This document shows positions 12,338 through 64,000 of a DNA stretch of 64,000 nt, piece after piece (the first letter of the stretch is position 1; every line of letters begins with the position of its first letter). The position numbers were made by a program, and so were the translations under genes. The notes beneath the pieces are model-generated. The model had not been told where the DNA came from. It did not search any database and saw nothing but the letters and a program-made list of their open reading frames with translations. Source of the DNA: Octopus sinensis. Its lineage: Eukaryota. The DNA lies in contig NC_042997.1 of the NCBI RefSeq assembly GCF_006345805.1, positions 44,950,001 to 45,014,000 on the forward strand, written 5' to 3'.

Positions 12338-13210
12338 AGCAAATGAAAGACAGCAGATGGATTATACAAGAATTTATTATTAATCACTAGCATTGATCTC
12401 TCATGGGTGGTGCATTAGGCAACTGGTTCAGGAGCATTTGGCAGTGCATGTATATCTCAGCAGGTGGTAAATAAATACAAATTGTTAAAATATTTCCCAC
12501 AATGTAACTTCTTGTTTTGTAGAAAGAAAAGCAGCCAAACGGGGATAATATCTTCATTTATATAGAAGATCAAAAATAAAATCACAGATGGCAAAAGGAG
12601 AAACGAACATAAATGAAGATATTATCCCCATTTGGCTGCTTTTCTTTCTACAAAAGAAGTTACATGGCTGGGAAATATTTTAACGATTATATATATATAT
12701 ATACACACACACAAATGTATATATAGCAAATGAAAGACAGCAGATTGATTATACAAGAATTTATTATTAATCACTAGCATCGATCTCTCATGGGTGGGGC
12801 ATTTGACAACTGGTTCGGGTGCATTTGGCAGTGCACATATATCTCAGCAGGTGGTAAATAAATACAAATCGTTAAAATATTTCCCAGCCATGTAACTTCT
12901 TTTGTAGAAAGAAAAGCAGCCAAATGGGGATAATATCTTCATTTATGTTCGTTTCTTCCTTTTGCCATCTGTGATTTTTTTTTTGATCTTCTATATAATG
13001 AAGATATTATCCCCGTTTGGCTGCTTTTCTTTCTACAAAACAAGAAGTTACATTGTGGGAAATATTTTAACAATTTGTATTTATTTACCACCTGCTGAGA
13101 TATACGTGCACTGCCAAATGCTCCTGAACCAGTTGCCTAATGCACCACCCATGAGAGATCAATGCTAGTGATTAATAATAAATTCTTGTATAATCCATCT
13201 GCTGTCTTTC
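12338..13210. repeat. Two tandem copies of a palindromic element with opposite central-loop orientation
   Basis: 12338-12688 (truncated) and 12725-13210; related fragments at ~11570-11755 and ~14895-14975. Confidence 0.85.
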
Positions 13211-13239
13211 GATATATATATATATATATATATATCGAA

Positions 13240-13696
13240 ATCGAAGTTGAAATCGAAATTGAACCAATCCTATGACTGGCACCCGGCAGATGCCAGGACA
13301 CCTGGACTGGAGATACGTAAAAAGCACTATCCGAATTGTGGCTGATGCCAGCACCGCCTCGACTGGCTTCCGTGTCAGTGGCACGTAAAAAGCACCATCC
13401 GAATCGTGGCTGAAGCCAGTGCCGCCTCGACTGGCTTCCATGCAGGTGGCATGTAAAATGCACCAATCCGACCATGGCCGATGCCAGCCTCGCCTGGCAC
13501 CAGTGCAGGTAGCACGTAAAAAGCACCCACTACACTCACGGAGTGGTTGGCATTAGGAAGGGCATCCAGCTGTAGAAACATTGCCAGATAAGACCGGAGC
13601 CTGGTGCAGCCTTCTGGCTTCCCAGATCTCCGGTCGAACAGTCCAACCCATGCTAGCATGGAGAACGGACGTTTAACGATGATGATGATGATGATG

Positions 13697-13700
<4 letters not shown>
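13240..13700 (+). mobile_element. RTE 3'UTR-only fragment with (GAT)n tail
   Basis: GGCACGTAAAAAGCACC modules, GGAGTGGTTGGCATTAGGAAGGGCATCCAGC, CCAACCCATGCTAGCATGG, AACGATGATG. Confidence 0.85.
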
Positions 13701-13726
<26 letters not shown>

Positions 13727-13727
<1 letters not shown>

Positions 13728-14021
13728 GAGGCGCAATGGCCTAGTGGTTAGGGCAGCGGACTCGCGGTCGTAGGATCGCGGTTTCGATTCCCAGACCGGG
13801 TGTTGTGAGTGTTTATTGAGCAAAAACACCTAGAAGCTCCACGAAGCTCCGGCAGGGGATGGTGGTGATCCCTGCTGTACTCTTTCACCACTCTTTCTTC
13901 TGTTGGCCTGCTCGCTTAGCCAGCGGGGTGGCATCATTCGAAGGCTAAAACAATGCGAACGCATTGTGACCAGCGATGTGTAGCAACATCTGATGGTCTG
14001 GTCGGTCACGTAATCACGTGA
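13727..14021 (+). mobile_element. tRNA-headed SINE, tail type B
   Basis: Head identical to tail type A copies; tail matches 1035-1344. Confidence 0.85.
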
Positions 14022-14032
14022 TATATACATAT

Positions 14033-14856
14033 CAAAATGAGGGTGAAAAAATTGGATATTAATTTAAAAACATCAATTTAACACCAGTGGTTTAGCACAT
14101 AAAAAACTGAGATTCCCTAAATATTATTAATACACAAATATGAGAGAGAATCCACTATGTGGACGCTCTTACGCTAAAGATAGATCCACAAGGGTCTGAA
14201 CCACTACGAATTGTTCTTGAGAAAAATTTAGCACACTATGAACGTAAGTGAGCAGGAGAAATGAAAAATAACAAAAATATAAATTAACCCCATACAATTG
14301 TTTCACTGTTAATAAATTATGCAATTTTACTTCCACAATTCATCTACAGATCATCAGTGAGATTCATCAAATTGATGTTATTAAATTAATATCCAATTTT
14401 TTAACCCTCATTTTGATTTTAATTATAAATTAATATGTTCTCAAACCAGCGATAACTACTGCAGTGAATTACTTATGCAGTATTTATTTCCGGGAATTTG
14501 GCGCGCTAGAACGAGGGCATTTGAATATAACTGCAAATATAATAGGCCGAACTACTCGTATTTTTGACCTCGTGTTAATATCTGGTGTGCAGTTCGACAA
14601 ATTATATTTCATGACGAATCTCACTGATGATCTGTAGATGAATTCTGTAAGTAAAATTGCATAATTTATTAACAGTGAAACAATTGTCTGGGGTTAATCT
14701 ATATTTTTGTTATTTTTCATTTGTCCTGCTCGCTTACGTTCATAGTGTGCTAAATTTTTCTCAAGAACAATTCTTGGTGGTTGAGACCCTTGCGGATCTA
14801 TCTTTAGCGTAAGAGCGTCCACATAGTGGATTCTCTCTCATATTTGTGTATTAATT
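14033..14856. repeat. Interleaved inverted repeats A-B-A'-spacer-B'
   Basis: A 14033-14085 / A' 14369-14418; B ~14125-14368 / B' ~14613-14856. Confidence 0.85.
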
Positions 14857-15010
14857 ATATATAAATATATATATATATATATGTAAATATATATATAGCA
14901 AATGAAAGACAGAAGATGGATTATACAAGAATTTATTATTAATCACTAGCATTGATCTCTCATGGGTGGGGCATTTGACTTCAAGGCTCAAAACTGTTCA
15001 TGCACCCCTC

Positions 15011-15057
<47 letters not shown>

Positions 15058-15094
15058 TGTAGACACACACACAAACACACACACATGTGTGTGT

Positions 15095-15141
<47 letters not shown>

Positions 15142-15417
15142 TATTATTTATTGCAGAGAAGAGAGGTGTGCCCATAACCTTTATATGTCTTCTTAAACTG
15201 GTGAGGTTGAATCAGCTGATATATAGATCGAATGCTTTGTGTGCTGATACCATTATGGGAAATCTAGGAATGGAGAGATTTACCAGAGATAGTTACAGTA
15301 CTAAGGAAAAGGGGGTAGGCAATGTATAACATCATTGTATATACATATTCACATACTCATAGGATTCATCATAAAAACTAAAAGGAGTGCAAGTCTGTGA
15401 ACAACGAAATGCCAGGG

Positions 15418-15473
<56 letters not shown>

Positions 15474-15658
15474 ATTAAAAAAAATCAGAGTGAGAGAAAA
15501 CAAACAGAGGGAGAGAGAGTGAGTGAATAACGTGTGTGTGTGTGAGTGTTTGTGTTTGAGAGGGAGAGAAAGAGAGAGACAGAGAAAGTAAAATGTTCAC
15601 TGTAGACACAAATGCATTGCAGTGTGTAAACAACATCAGTAATCGTTAGAAAAGTTAC

Positions 15659-63751
<48,093 letters not shown>

Positions 63752-63855
63752 CTAAAACAAGAATACCATTATAGGAGAATAAATGTCCATGATTTTAACA
63801 ATAAAAAGGAGAAAAAAAAAAGACGGAATAGTATTAGTAGTTTTGAGAAATGACA

Positions 63856-64000
63856 TCTTTATATATAAAAGTGAAGTTGTGTGTCTGTCTCCTACGATTT
63901 AGATTCCTAACTACTCCCACATTTTGCGGTGCAGTTTAACCAAAACCGGGTATCTTATAGTCGTGATTCATATCGAGCCCTTCTGGGTATTAGCGCGTGC
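63856..64000 (+). mobile_element. Probable non-autonomous Helitron 5' end (runs off window)
   Basis: A|TCTTTATATATAAAAGTG start followed by TGTGTCTGTC. Confidence 0.45.

Noticed and set aside
14624-14688. Complete hammerhead from CTGATGA plus GAAACAATTGTC
   Set aside because: I could not draw convincing stems I and II joining the two halves; kept only as a remark.
1-15658. Next Sidekick exon (second half of last FN3, transmembrane segment)
   Set aside because: Candidate AG..GT segments near 1850-2025 and 15180-15315 hit stops in phase 1 and lack the YxFRVxAxN motif; probably outside the window.

Overview
Eukaryotic, AT-rich, repeat-dense window; the SINE/LINE content points to an octopus (inferred). 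One host gene is present: nine minus-strand GT-AG exons (15659-63751) splice in frame into 444 codons encoding about 4.5 fibronectin type III domains. These match the membrane-proximal FN3 repeats of Sidekick, and the gene continues beyond both window ends. The introns are filled with tRNA-derived SINEs, RTE, CR1, Dong/R4, Tx1 and Penelope-like retroelements, Gypsy, mariner and Helitron remnants, MITEs and microsatellites. Two observations stand out. (1) Several unrelated microsatellite-flanked foldback or Penelope-terminal repeats each carry a minimal hammerhead-ribozyme-like motif with a different non-canonical core (U3:A8 covariant, extra A after position 9, position-6 or position-4 variants). 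(2) A young Tx1-type LINE, one base short of an intact ~1145-aa ORF2, sits in (TATC)n-type repeats. It is joined by a 2.3 kb 16-mer array to a 3'UTR-only sister copy, and its ORF2 is bracketed by a long-range inverted complement. All calls are by eye; no searches, alignments or folding programs were run, and repeat boundaries are approximate.
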